Virus record (IMG/VR): IMGVR_UViG_3300021963_000021
Location: 1-64,000 of that record
Strand: one strand, 5' to 3'
DNA: 64,000 bases
The translations under genes and the position numbers were made by a program. This document shows positions 7,470 through 16,461 of this stretch, piece by piece (positions within the stretch are counted from its first letter, which is position 1; every line of letters begins with the position of its first letter). The notes below the pieces were generated by a model. The model did no database searches. It worked only from the letters and a program-made list of their open reading frames with translations, and was not told the origin of the DNA.

Positions 7470-8426
7470 TTAACTATTATACTGTAATTCAAGATGTTTT
7501 ACAATACCTAAGTTACAGTTTATTCTCTGATTGGTGGTCAACAATGCTGCGCCGATAGCTGAACTACCGTCGCCGGGATCAGGCAATGACCATATACCTT
7601 TCCACTGTCTATTCAGCTTCTTGTTATACTTGCTGTTCATAGCACATCCGCCCATATAGACTAGATTGTCTATTGATGTATAAGAGTGTGCCAAGGCCAT
7701 AACCCAGTCTACCTGTTCTTCGAATACAGTCTGTACAGCAGCAGCAATATCAGCACGATTCTCGTCAGTGACTGGTTCGTCCCAATCCCATACACCTCTG
7801 TGTAGATTTCTATTCAGTGTCATAGGCGCATCAAAATAACCTTTGACTTTGAAATAGTATCTTTTGAAATCACCTTGATCACTGAGTTGCTGAAGCAGAT
7901 GCTCTTCTGCCAGTGGCTTGAATCCTATCAGTTTGGTGAATGCTGAGTAGAACAGGCCTAGACTGTTGGGATAAGATGCTGACCATAGTTTGGTTAATTT
8001 AGTGCCACTGCCTAACCAGATGCTGGCCGATTCCCATTCTCCAATAGCGTCTAACACTACTACTATTGCTTGATTAAATGGGCTGGTAAAAAAACCCGCA
8101 GCAGCATGTGATTTGTGGTGCGGGTGATATACTACTTTAGGATATCTTAGATTCATTGATCTTAGATAGTTGCTCGGCATCACTGACATATCCATGGCAG
8201 CATCCCATTGTCCCGCATACAACTGACGTGTCTTTTTAACCAACGGACGTTCGTACCAAGCGATAGTAGATGGACCTCGATAGCCACTGTAGTCAATGGC
8301 TTCTTTGACCATTTCTGACGTTAGGCGATCGCTGGAGTTATTCCTAATCCAATGTACGGTATCCTTGCCGCCTACTACAGCAATACTAGATCCGTGATTT
8401 AATGCGTTTACGCCCCAGACTATCAT
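7470..8426 (-). CDS. carbamoyltransferase N-terminal (Kae1-like) domain only
   Basis: HGSSIA, HHKSHAAA, DAIGE, SLGLFYS, GGCAMN, PGDGSSAIGAA; no C-terminal YrdC-like domain. Confidence 0.85.
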   Translation of the reverse strand: MIVWGVNALNHGSSIAVVGGKDTVHWIRNNSSDRLTSEMVKEAIDYSGYRGPSTIAWYERPLVKKTRQLYAGQWDAAMDMSVMPSNYLRSMNLRYPKVVYHPHHKSHAAAGFFTSPFNQAIVVVLDAIGEWESASIWLGSGTKLTKLWSASYPNSLGLFYSAFTKLIGFKPLAEEHLLQQLSDQGDFKRYYFKVKGYFDAPMTLNRNLHRGVWDWDEPVTDENRADIAAAVQTVFEEQVDWVMALAHSYTSIDNLVYMGGCAMNSKYNKKLNRQWKGIWSLPDPGDGSSAIGAALLTTNQRINCNLGIVKHLELQYNS

Positions 8427-8512
8427 TTATAGATAAAAGGATCGCGCTTACGCAGTTCACGTATCCTTCTCCTGTACTTGATATAATTGATTAACTTTCT
8501 AAATAAGTTCAT
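8423..8512 (-). CDS. 29-aa basic peptide MNLFRKLINYIKYRRRIRELRKRDPFIYK (absent from ORF track)
   Basis: ATGA overlaps at both ends (primase stop and carbamoyltransferase start). Confidence 0.75.
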   Translation of the reverse strand: MNLFRKLINYIKYRRRIRELRKRDPFIYK

Positions 8513-9504
8513 TTAACTTTTCTCTCGAACTGCTTCATATATAGATTTATCTTGATAGCACCACTGACAGCAGTATTCATGGCATCTACCATAACAAACA
8601 ATTTTCCGTATTTTGCCACAGCATCTGCGCAGTCTTTGACATCCGCATCCCAATTAGGAAATGCCACATGCCAATCATACTTTAATGCGTCTTTGATTAG
8701 ACTAGCACCTGCTCGATCTTGATCAGGAATAACAATCACAGTCTTACCTAGTTTGTTAATCAATCTTGCTTGTTCTTCTGATATCTCGTTGTGTAGTAGT
8801 GCTAGTCCTTGTACAGCAAGAGCATCAAATGGACCTTCTACAACAAATACATACTCTTGTTCTTGTGTAACACTATCCATGTTAAACACAAAATGCGGCT
8901 GTTGTTCACTGAGATATTTTGGCTTGCCTTCTTTGATCTTTCTGGCAGTCCATCCTACTATTCTTCCTGTGTATTTGAACGGTATGATTACACGCTCATC
9001 CATGCCATCTAAAGGACTCCAATAATATTCGCCTAATGGATCAATGCCCCTGCCAACAAGATAGTTAACTACGTTTGCTAGTTTTTGATCAGTATCTGCG
9101 TCCAGTTCTTGATCAATCCATTCGCTTAACAATAGACTACCTTCTGGTAAAGGTTTATCTGGAAATACTACTAGCTCTCTTTTTTGTTCTTTTACTTCAG
9201 GAGCTTCTGCTCTAAGAGCTTCGAATACCATCTTGTTGATATCGTCTTCAGGAGCACCTAACCAACGCATGAAGTTTTTTAGTTTTTGACCGATCTGTCT
9301 GCCTGGTTTCCAACTGGCTGTATATCCGCAGTTGAAACAGTTAAAGACTAGTCCTTCAGAAAATATCACACCACCACGTTGACGATTGTCTGCGGTATGC
9401 CCTCTATGATGACAACAGGGAGCATTGAAGCTAACCCATCCACTGGGTGTTTTTTTGCTTCGATGCGGTAAATGTTGTTTGAATATATCGACTACCAGAC
9501 TCAT
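8509..9504 (-). CDS. DNA primase (gp61/DnaG-like)
   Basis: Zn finger (CFNCG), IIPF...GWTAR, PKYL, TOPRIM VEGPFDA and PDQD. Confidence 0.9.
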   Translation of the reverse strand: MSLVVDIFKQHLPHRSKKTPSGWVSFNAPCCHHRGHTADNRQRGGVIFSEGLVFNCFNCGYTASWKPGRQIGQKLKNFMRWLGAPEDDINKMVFEALRAEAPEVKEQKRELVVFPDKPLPEGSLLLSEWIDQELDADTDQKLANVVNYLVGRGIDPLGEYYWSPLDGMDERVIIPFKYTGRIVGWTARKIKEGKPKYLSEQQPHFVFNMDSVTQEQEYVFVVEGPFDALAVQGLALLHNEISEEQARLINKLGKTVIVIPDQDRAGASLIKDALKYDWHVAFPNWDADVKDCADAVAKYGKLFVMVDAMNTAVSGAIKINLYMKQFERKVK

Positions 9505-9510
9505 GTATAC

Positions 9511-9539
9511 ATTTTAATATCTGTATAGCACTTTGTCAA
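9511..9539 (-). promoter_or_regulatory. sigma70-type promoter for primase (leaderless)
   Basis: TTGACA-17bp-TAAAAT, 6 nt before ATG, no SD. Confidence 0.75.
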
Positions 9540-10296
9540 TAGTCCCGGTAGCCGGAGTGTGTTTTATTCTTAGATTATTCCAAACGCCAGTGACGTTATG
9601 GTATGTAAGCCCACTGTTACTGTAGTTTATGCTGTCGATATCAACCCATTCTACTGGATTGGTTGAATTGTCCAAACTGCCCTGTATTGTTATCGAACCG
9701 GTGTAGTTTGTTAGATAAAATGCGAATGTGTGTAGGCCTGCGTTGGAGTTAAACTGCGGCTTGGCATCAAATAGATCGCTGGTATACCAACTAACTGGAT
9801 CTCCCATAAGATCAAACCCACCAGATTCAAAATTTGTTACTGTTTGACTGTCTACAGGCTCTCCAGTAATGCTGCCTTCGACGTCTATTCTGCCAATAGC
9901 TGAAAATTGTGTATCACCGTACAATGGAGTCTTGACACCGTTGGTATCTATAGTGTAAGCGGAGAATAGATAATGTCCGTGCTCTAGATCCGCCATGTCT
10001 GCTTCTGTTAGGACTACATATACTTTGCCAAGTGTGCTATCATACACCGAGCAGGTCTTTTGTTTTATCAACTCATTTGATTCAGGTAATATAACATTGA
10101 ATACTACTTCATACCCAGTAATGTTTTTTGCTTTTTGGTCAGAATTACGTACCTGTAATTCAAGACGATTATCTACTCCACGGTAGACTTTGAATGTTCT
10201 TTGATACACTTTTCTATACCTCTCTGTTGTCCAAGAGCCGAGATTTGTGTAGACGTCGATCTTGTTTGGATATAAATAACACGGATTGAGCTGCAT
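9514..10296 (-). CDS. putative structural protein (two beta-sandwich domains)
   Basis: Beta-rich 260 aa; GATAAATA late box at 10317-10324. Confidence 0.55.
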   Translation of the reverse strand: MQLNPCYLYPNKIDVYTNLGSWTTERYRKVYQRTFKVYRGVDNRLELQVRNSDQKAKNITGYEVVFNVILPESNELIKQKTCSVYDSTLGKVYVVLTEADMADLEHGHYLFSAYTIDTNGVKTPLYGDTQFSAIGRIDVEGSITGEPVDSQTVTNFESGGFDLMGDPVSWYTSDLFDAKPQFNSNAGLHTFAFYLTNYTGSITIQGSLDNSTNPVEWVDIDSINYSNSGLTYHNVTGVWNNLRIKHTPATGTIDKVLYRY

Positions 10297-10325
10297 GTTG
10301 TGGCCCTAATAATAGATATTTATCG

Positions 10326-10697
10326 ATGAGAATCAGCGAGCACTTACAACAAAACTTCCCATTTATCACAGTGATCACGTATGTGGATCAGGAATTTGTG
10401 GGCATAATAATAAATCAAGACGCACAAATAACCAGTATCTACGACTATTCTAGTTTAAAGACAGAATCTGAAAAACAGAAGTTTTTAGAGCTTGGTGAAG
10501 TTTGGTGGTGGGAATCAAATAGACAGATTCCTATTAACATTTTCTTATCTAAAGAAATGTATGAATTCCGATACATTATAAGGAATTTTACAACCAAAGA
10601 TGTAAAGGTCTTGTTTGGACCAGTTACAAGTCTAAATGATATTATGACCAAACGAGTGAAAAGAAAAAGTATCACTCTTATTCGCAAAGCAAAATAG
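10326..10697 (+). CDS. hypothetical protein
   Basis: 123-aa ORF; TATAAATA at 10271-10278. Confidence 0.75.
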   Translation: MRISEHLQQNFPFITVITYVDQEFVGIIINQDAQITSIYDYSSLKTESEKQKFLELGEVWWWESNRQIPINIFLSKEMYEFRYIIRNFTTKDVKVLFGPVTSLNDIMTKRVKRKSITLIRKAK

Positions 10698-11267
10698 TTA
10701 CTGAAATCCGTAACTTATTGTTTCACATATTAAGTTCATCTGTACCACCACCGCCGTAGCATAGGCAATAGCATGTGACTTCTTAAAGAAGTATTCATCG
10801 CTGGCAGGCTTTACCCACACCTCGTCTTCTACATCTTTCCAGCTCTTCCCTATCAAATGCCTCTTTGCTGGCCTGATCATAGCCAGTACTGCCGCAAGCT
10901 GCGGAATTGTTTTCGGCTTCATTGTTCTTAAGATAGAACCATGTCCGTTGACGTGAAAGAGCATACTGCTGAAATCGTCTTGTTCGAGTAAATCCCATAA
11001 CGGCTCCGTGTTCATTAGAATTTCTAAATGCTCTTCTGAGCGTACCTCTTTGTAAATTCCAACGTTTAAAAAATCAATCTTGAAGTAGCCTTGATCTTCC
11101 GCTTCTTCATAGGGAATAGCACATAGACCTGTCGGAGCATGTACAGGAACAGTATGTAGATATACACCTGTGTTGTGTACAGCCATATCTTTGCGACTAG
11201 CCTTGATATGTTTAATATGTGCTAGTGCTTGATTTCTATCAGCAAAGTCTATGTCTATGTCTGGCAT
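10698..11267 (-). CDS. miniature family-C DNA polymerase (DnaE palm-like) protein
   Basis: PDIDIDF, HNTGV, KIDFL, IRP, FKKSHAIAYA motifs in DnaE order within 189 aa. Confidence 0.85.
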   Translation of the reverse strand: MPDIDIDFADRNQALAHIKHIKASRKDMAVHNTGVYLHTVPVHAPTGLCAIPYEEAEDQGYFKIDFLNVGIYKEVRSEEHLEILMNTEPLWDLLEQDDFSSMLFHVNGHGSILRTMKPKTIPQLAAVLAMIRPAKRHLIGKSWKDVEDEVWVKPASDEYFFKKSHAIAYATAVVVQMNLICETISYGFQ

Positions 11268-11497
11268 TATTGTAACCTTGTGGTTTCAAAAAGTAATAAC
11301 GGTAGTGTGTCTTGTAAAAATTGTGCGTATTCTTCTGCGTCTTCGAAATCTTCAAAGCCTGTAAATTTTAGATATACAGCTGGTTCCTCTTCGCCTACTT
11401 CGATTTCAATGCCTATGTCATCTCTTGAAATAAATTCTTCGTTTTCTTGTAGTTCTTCTACTTCAACTTCTACCTGCTCAGTTTTCTTTTTTGTCAT
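11267..11497 (-). CDS. acidic hypothetical protein
   Basis: 76 aa, Glu-rich, TAATG-coupled on both sides. Confidence 0.7.
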   Translation of the reverse strand: MTKKKTEQVEVEVEELQENEEFISRDDIGIEIEVGEEEPAVYLKFTGFEDFEDAEEYAQFLQDTLPLLLFETTRLQ

Positions 11498-12171
11498 TAA
11501 GGCACCTTGGCTTCCTTTAGAACCTCTTTCACTAGCTCAAGATCGCCTGGAGCACTTTTAAATCTGCGACTCCAGTGGTCTGGGTCTAGCATAGGAGATA
11601 CTATTTCTATTTGTTCGTTATTTAACTTGGTAAGCATCTGTCGACCACTTTTACAGTTTAAAATAAACCAAGGACTTACCAATCCTTCTTTTATATGTTT
11701 AGTTGCTCTGTTTAAATTTACATACAAAAAATAATGTTCCCATTGTGCTGAATTTTCTTCAGCCCATTCTAACATTGTAGTCATGGTTCGTTGTATAGCA
11801 CCATCTGCTGGCTCAGTCTTTATTAGCTCAGTGATATAATGATCATACAATTCATCACGACACCAATGATCTAATTTTATTCCACTACGAATAACATAGT
11901 CAATAAATCTCTCTGGATATACAGGATTAGCATTGACTAAAAAACTACCAAATTTTACAAAAGCGTTATAGTATGGGCTTTCTACGAACTCATCGAAGTT
12001 TTTGTGTTTGCCCTTTTGAACCAAATCATAGAATTTTTGATAAGCAATTAACGCAGCCTGTACATGTTTTTCATTGCGACTGAGATGGCGTCTTTTCTTT
12101 TCGCAGATATGTACAGCCAGAGTTTTTTCTCTAGTAAAGTCTTTACCGCAATACACACACTGATAGGTCAT
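11497..12171 (-). CDS. zinc-finger protein (CxxC...H-x-C)
   Basis: YQCVYCGKDF...LAVHIC N-terminus. Confidence 0.75.
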   Translation of the reverse strand: MTYQCVYCGKDFTREKTLAVHICEKKRRHLSRNEKHVQAALIAYQKFYDLVQKGKHKNFDEFVESPYYNAFVKFGSFLVNANPVYPERFIDYVIRSGIKLDHWCRDELYDHYITELIKTEPADGAIQRTMTTMLEWAEENSAQWEHYFLYVNLNRATKHIKEGLVSPWFILNCKSGRQMLTKLNNEQIEIVSPMLDPDHWSRRFKSAPGDLELVKEVLKEAKVP

Positions 12172-12656
12172 ATTAGATCTTTAATCGCCCTTTCATCTAG
12201 ACCGTGATCTCTAGCCAGTTCCTTGACTTCTTTATCTGTCATTAGTTTTGCTAACACTTCAACATCATCAATCTTCATGTTAGGATTCATAATCATTAAG
12301 AATCTTGCTTTCTTAGAACTGCCGTCACTCTTTCTTTCTAGTTTAATCCATTCGTGGAATTGTGTTTTTTTACTTTCGTGACAGCACATACACAGCAGAG
12401 TCCACAGAAGTTTAGAATCTTCTTTGGCTAGCACCGCATAATTCTTGTTGTAGAATTCGTTAACGATAATGACAAAGTGTTCTTGTAGTTCTCTATTGCT
12501 GGTCTTACAACTACTGATATATCTATTAAGATTCCACAAGTCACCTTTGATTTCTTTTCGGCCTTCATCTGTGGCAGCGTCCCACAGTTCTTTCAATCCC
12601 ATGTCTACCGCTGGGATCATGTCTTTAAAAAGATCTACGTGTTTATTTCTGCCCAT
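12168..12656 (-). CDS. hypothetical replication protein (possibly gp62 clamp-loader-small-subunit-like)
   Basis: Helical 162 aa with LNRYIS and FHEWIK segments; family assignment tentative. Confidence 0.45.
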   Translation of the reverse strand: MGRNKHVDLFKDMIPAVDMGLKELWDAATDEGRKEIKGDLWNLNRYISSCKTSNRELQEHFVIIVNEFYNKNYAVLAKEDSKLLWTLLCMCCHESKKTQFHEWIKLERKSDGSSKKARFLMIMNPNMKIDDVEVLAKLMTDKEVKELARDHGLDERAIKDLI

Positions 12657-12903
12657 GTTCTTTACTCAGTTCGTATACTAGTATAGCATGATCAATTGCC
12701 TTTTGTAAAGCGGGATTAGTTCTTGCTTCTCGCATCATATCGACCCATTTAAAGGATCTCCAATTATTTTCTCGAGTTTCTTGTTTCTTATAATCCCATC
12801 CGATTGCTATTCTTGTGCTCGGGTCTGCTCCAAATTCTCTAGCGTAGACTGTGTCGTCTACACGTTCATATATGTAGGTTGCTCCAGGTTTAAGTGTCCC
12901 CAT
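12643..12903 (-). CDS. hypothetical protein
   Basis: 86-aa coupled ORF. Confidence 0.75.
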   Translation of the reverse strand: MGTLKPGATYIYERVDDTVYAREFGADPSTRIAIGWDYKKQETRENNWRSFKWVDMMREARTNPALQKAIDHAILVYELSKEHGQK

Positions 12904-13246
12904 TATTTCTATACCCTATAGTTTCTCTTTCGATATCATTATGATCAAATTCTGCCCAATACAATTCAAACATGACTCCGTCTGTAATGGCTTCAAACTG
13001 ATGATATTCTCCGGGCGCAACCTTAGTATATTGCCCTGCTTTAAGTAACGTTGTGTCAACAAGATCATAATCATTCTTCCAAACTCGAATAATCATTTCT
13101 CCTTTTTCAACAAAGAATCCGTTCCATTTATATTTGTGTTTATGCTTTGAGCATACGCCACCAGCATTAACTTCAATACGATGAAATTCTAATACTCCGT
13201 TAGCTTCTAGGAGTTCAGTAACTCCCCATATTTTTCCTGCTCTCAT
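12890..13246 (-). CDS. cupin-fold protein (sugar isomerase-like)
   Basis: KIWG, CSKHKH, PGEYHQF...ELY cupin motifs. Confidence 0.8.
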   Translation of the reverse strand: MRAGKIWGVTELLEANGVLEFHRIEVNAGGVCSKHKHKYKWNGFFVEKGEMIIRVWKNDYDLVDTTLLKAGQYTKVAPGEYHQFEAITDGVMFELYWAEFDHNDIERETIGYRNNGDT

Positions 13247-13749
13247 AATATTTTATCAAGTTGTATTACTTCGCTTTGTCTAGAAATTTCTTTTACGAAA
13301 TAGGCACATGGCGGATTAGGACCTTCACGCAACGGCACTGTTAGTAATTGATTATTTTTCATCTTTGGAAAATACCATTTAACATCCTGATAGATGTTTA
13401 CAATTTCCACTGATGCGTATTCTACTTTGAATCCTTTAATAGGATTAAACAGCATAGCATCAAATCCACGTTCATTGATACTGGTCAATGGCAATACTTC
13501 CGGATCCATTCCGCAGTCTTTGTCCCCAACTAGCATAGCCCAATCCAATGGCATTTGTACTTCATACCCGCCAATCTTTAATACGATGGCCGGCGAATTA
13601 AATGATTCCAGGAAGATAAGTGGTATAAAAAAGAAATCAGGTTCTGTAGGATTAGAATTATCTAATACCGAAAACCGTGTGTCATCTTCTATTTCTTCTG
13701 GTAGATCGTTTAAATCAAACGATTTATTTTCTAATGTTAGTATTCTCAT
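13243..13749 (-). CDS. hypothetical protein
   Basis: 168-aa all-beta-looking ORF coupled to the helicase. Confidence 0.75.
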   Translation of the reverse strand: MRILTLENKSFDLNDLPEEIEDDTRFSVLDNSNPTEPDFFFIPLIFLESFNSPAIVLKIGGYEVQMPLDWAMLVGDKDCGMDPEVLPLTSINERGFDAMLFNPIKGFKVEYASVEIVNIYQDVKWYFPKMKNNQLLTVPLREGPNPPCAYFVKEISRQSEVIQLDKIL

Positions 13750-15203
13750 ATTGTTACCTTGGTTATATTGAAAGGATATTGAGCATCCTTGTAAAATTTC
13801 TTGCGTTCTGTTAAGTGGCGTTTAGCGTATTTGGTGCCGCCTGTTATGTCCCAAATCTGTACAAAATCTTTGTCCTCTGCTTTGCGAATACCTCGTCCTA
13901 TGCTCTGTATGACCCTTACAAAAGATTTGCCAGGTTCAATAAGTATAAGATTAAAAATGCGAGGAATGTTAATCCCCACGGCGGCAACACCATAAGTAGC
14001 AACAATGATCTTATCATCCACAGATCGTACTTCATCGTATGTTTCTTTCCTGTCTTTGGTTTTTACAGATCCGCTAATAAAATCTGCTTCTGGTAATCTT
14101 TCACATAACATTTTGCCTGTTTCGATTCTATCAATTAATACAAGCGTGTTTCCTGTAGCAGCAATGTTTTTAATTTTATTAGCTATCCAATCAACTCTTT
14201 CGGAATCAGTTACTAGATATTTTAATTCCTCAGGATATGACCGGAACTCTTTGATTTCAATAGTCTGTAATACTTCAACGTGACACTCTGCCAACACACC
14301 TTTTTGTTGTAGATCGTGAGCAGAGATACTGTTAATAACTGGCCCTATACTGGCTAACAGACTTGTAAATTCAAATTTTTCTTTAGGAATAGTTCCTGTC
14401 AACCCCCAACGTATTGGGCAATTTGCTAGATCTCTAGTGAGAATATTTTTTAATACTTCTGCTTTGGCTTGATGTACTTCGTCGACAATGATAGCAGCAA
14501 CGTCTTGAAAAAATTCCGCCAATGTCAGCAGTTCAGGATCGTCTTTGCTTTTCTTATCTAATACATTAAGACTCTGCCAAGTACAGATAGTGTGTATTTT
14601 TCCTAGTTCTTTGCGGTCGCCGTAATACACACCTACATCTAGTCCAACGGTTCTAAAATCTTCTTCTGTCTGTTCAACTAACGACTTGTTAGGAACGATA
14701 ACGATAGATCTTCCATATTTTTCACAACAGTGACTTAGTGTAGCAGTGGTAATAGTTTTACCTGCTCCTGTGGCAATTTCTTGAAGGCATTGCGGATTTT
14801 CTAAAAACTTGTTAACAGCATCATATTGATAGTCACGCAGTATAATCGGCTGTCCTTCTGCCGGGTGTCCCTTGGGCCAAACCTTACCTTTGTCTGCCCA
14901 ATAGGTTTCTGTGACCTTAGTGAACTCTAGACTTACCGAAGACCTATGATCTTCGAATTCTACATCATAACCGTCTTTAGTGACGATATCTAATATCTCT
15001 GGTAAGTGGCACATATAGCCTGTACCGCCTATGCCAAAGAAGGCAACAGTACCATCCCAACGTCCGAGACGATAGGAAGGTTGATATCTAGCCCACGGAA
15101 CGTCAATCTTAAACTTGTTGGCTAACTTTCGTCTAGTTTCTAGTGCCAACCCTTCGAATTTAATGTTTACTTCATCTTTTATTATTAGTTTACAATTCGA
15201 CAA
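13746..15203 (-). CDS. uvsW: UvsW-like SF2 DNA helicase
   Basis: LRDYQ, ATGAGKT, DEVH, GLTGT, QSIGRGIR. Confidence 0.9.
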   Translation of the reverse strand: MSNCKLIIKDEVNIKFEGLALETRRKLANKFKIDVPWARYQPSYRLGRWDGTVAFFGIGGTGYMCHLPEILDIVTKDGYDVEFEDHRSSVSLEFTKVTETYWADKGKVWPKGHPAEGQPIILRDYQYDAVNKFLENPQCLQEIATGAGKTITTATLSHCCEKYGRSIVIVPNKSLVEQTEEDFRTVGLDVGVYYGDRKELGKIHTICTWQSLNVLDKKSKDDPELLTLAEFFQDVAAIIVDEVHQAKAEVLKNILTRDLANCPIRWGLTGTIPKEKFEFTSLLASIGPVINSISAHDLQQKGVLAECHVEVLQTIEIKEFRSYPEELKYLVTDSERVDWIANKIKNIAATGNTLVLIDRIETGKMLCERLPEADFISGSVKTKDRKETYDEVRSVDDKIIVATYGVAAVGINIPRIFNLILIEPGKSFVRVIQSIGRGIRKAEDKDFVQIWDITGGTKYAKRHLTERKKFYKDAQYPFNITKVTI

Positions 15204-16389
15204 TCTTTAGGTCCTTATTAACAGACGGCTTCACCTTGCCGATATAAAAAACTGTGTGATGTGAATTAATCATAGAGCTAGCGACTATGTTAGTCTGCGG
15301 GTATAGCGAATTACTTATCACAATCTTCGGTGAAAAATCACCCTTCAACATCCACTTTGGCGGTTTGTGTTGGCAAATAAAAATCTTTCCAGACTCTACA
15401 CTTCCGCCTAAATTATTTTCTTTGACCCATTGATTGAACTCGGTTCCTTCTGGATCTTCCTTGGGGAATCTGAAACACACCCTCATGCCTTCGATACCAA
15501 GATTTTCGGCCTGAAAATGGTAAAATATGTTCTTGACCCAATCAATGGCATCATGGCTTCGATCAAGAAAAATCACAATAGGGTATGCGTTTAACTCTTT
15601 GATCAGGTTGGCAATTTTTTTAATGTCACTGGTCCAGAACTTGGTTTCCATGGTTGAAAAAATCTCAAAAATTTTGGATTTTTCTTGAGATTTTGCCACC
15701 GGAAATCCCATGGTTTTTGCTAGGTGTAGATCTTCAATCAACTGACCACTTTTGTGGTTTTCAAAATATGTAAGAGCGTTGGCGTTGGCGTTGACTAACA
15801 AAATATTTTTATCTTCGATAACACAGTGTGGTGACAAATCCACTTCATCACTCCATATTTCTTCGACCTGTTCCACAAGATTTATGAAATTTTCACTGAA
15901 TTCAAATTCGTTCTTTTTGCCATACTCATACAAGCGAATATGATTGATATCATGTAACGCAGCCTTTTGAACTTTTTGTTCGTTGTCCCATACTGTGGGA
16001 GTTTTACCTCTGCTGTCGGCAAATTCTTTCTGAAAATTTTCCTTTAAACTAAATGGAAAACGTATGTGTACGTAGGTCTTTCCGTCTTCTTCAAATTCTA
16101 TAGAAATTCTTTTACTATAGTCGATTTCTCTAAAAGGATTTTTCCATAAAGGATTATCTATCAACTCACCGATTTCTTTGCCTAGGCTAATTTCAAGATC
16201 TTTTCGATATTTTCTAACCAGTTTTAACATAAAGTCGGCCTGGCGTTTAGTAATGCCACTTCCACTGTCAAGAGCATGTTGGAAACTCATCACAGGAGAC
16301 GCATCGGCATGCCAAAAAGAAATTTGGCCAGCGTTTACTAGTTTTGCTAATTCAAGAAAAGCGTCTTCAATAAATCTTGTCGTTGACAT
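15190..16389 (-). CDS. hypothetical protein
   Basis: 399-aa ORF; TTGATC-17bp-TAATAT promoter 6 nt before ATG. Confidence 0.75.
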   Translation of the reverse strand: MSTTRFIEDAFLELAKLVNAGQISFWHADASPVMSFQHALDSGSGITKRQADFMLKLVRKYRKDLEISLGKEIGELIDNPLWKNPFREIDYSKRISIEFEEDGKTYVHIRFPFSLKENFQKEFADSRGKTPTVWDNEQKVQKAALHDINHIRLYEYGKKNEFEFSENFINLVEQVEEIWSDEVDLSPHCVIEDKNILLVNANANALTYFENHKSGQLIEDLHLAKTMGFPVAKSQEKSKIFEIFSTMETKFWTSDIKKIANLIKELNAYPIVIFLDRSHDAIDWVKNIFYHFQAENLGIEGMRVCFRFPKEDPEGTEFNQWVKENNLGGSVESGKIFICQHKPPKWMLKGDFSPKIVISNSLYPQTNIVASSMINSHHTVFYIGKVKPSVNKDLKIVEL

Positions 16390-16461
16390 TTTACTATATT
16401 AACATCTTGCTTGCCAGAGATCAAGAATTTTCTGTGATTTTTTTGACTCAATAAATATCGT

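Noticed and set aside
7470-8426. Carbamoyltransferase pseudogene or frameshift
   Set aside because: No C-domain sequence follows in any frame; metal-binding His motifs are intact and the gene is tightly coupled to neighbours
10698-13749. Split intein joining mini-DnaE to another fragment
   Set aside because: Mini-DnaE has internal deletions rather than a clean break, and neither it nor the 168-aa ORF shows Cys/Ser-start or His-Asn-end intein termini
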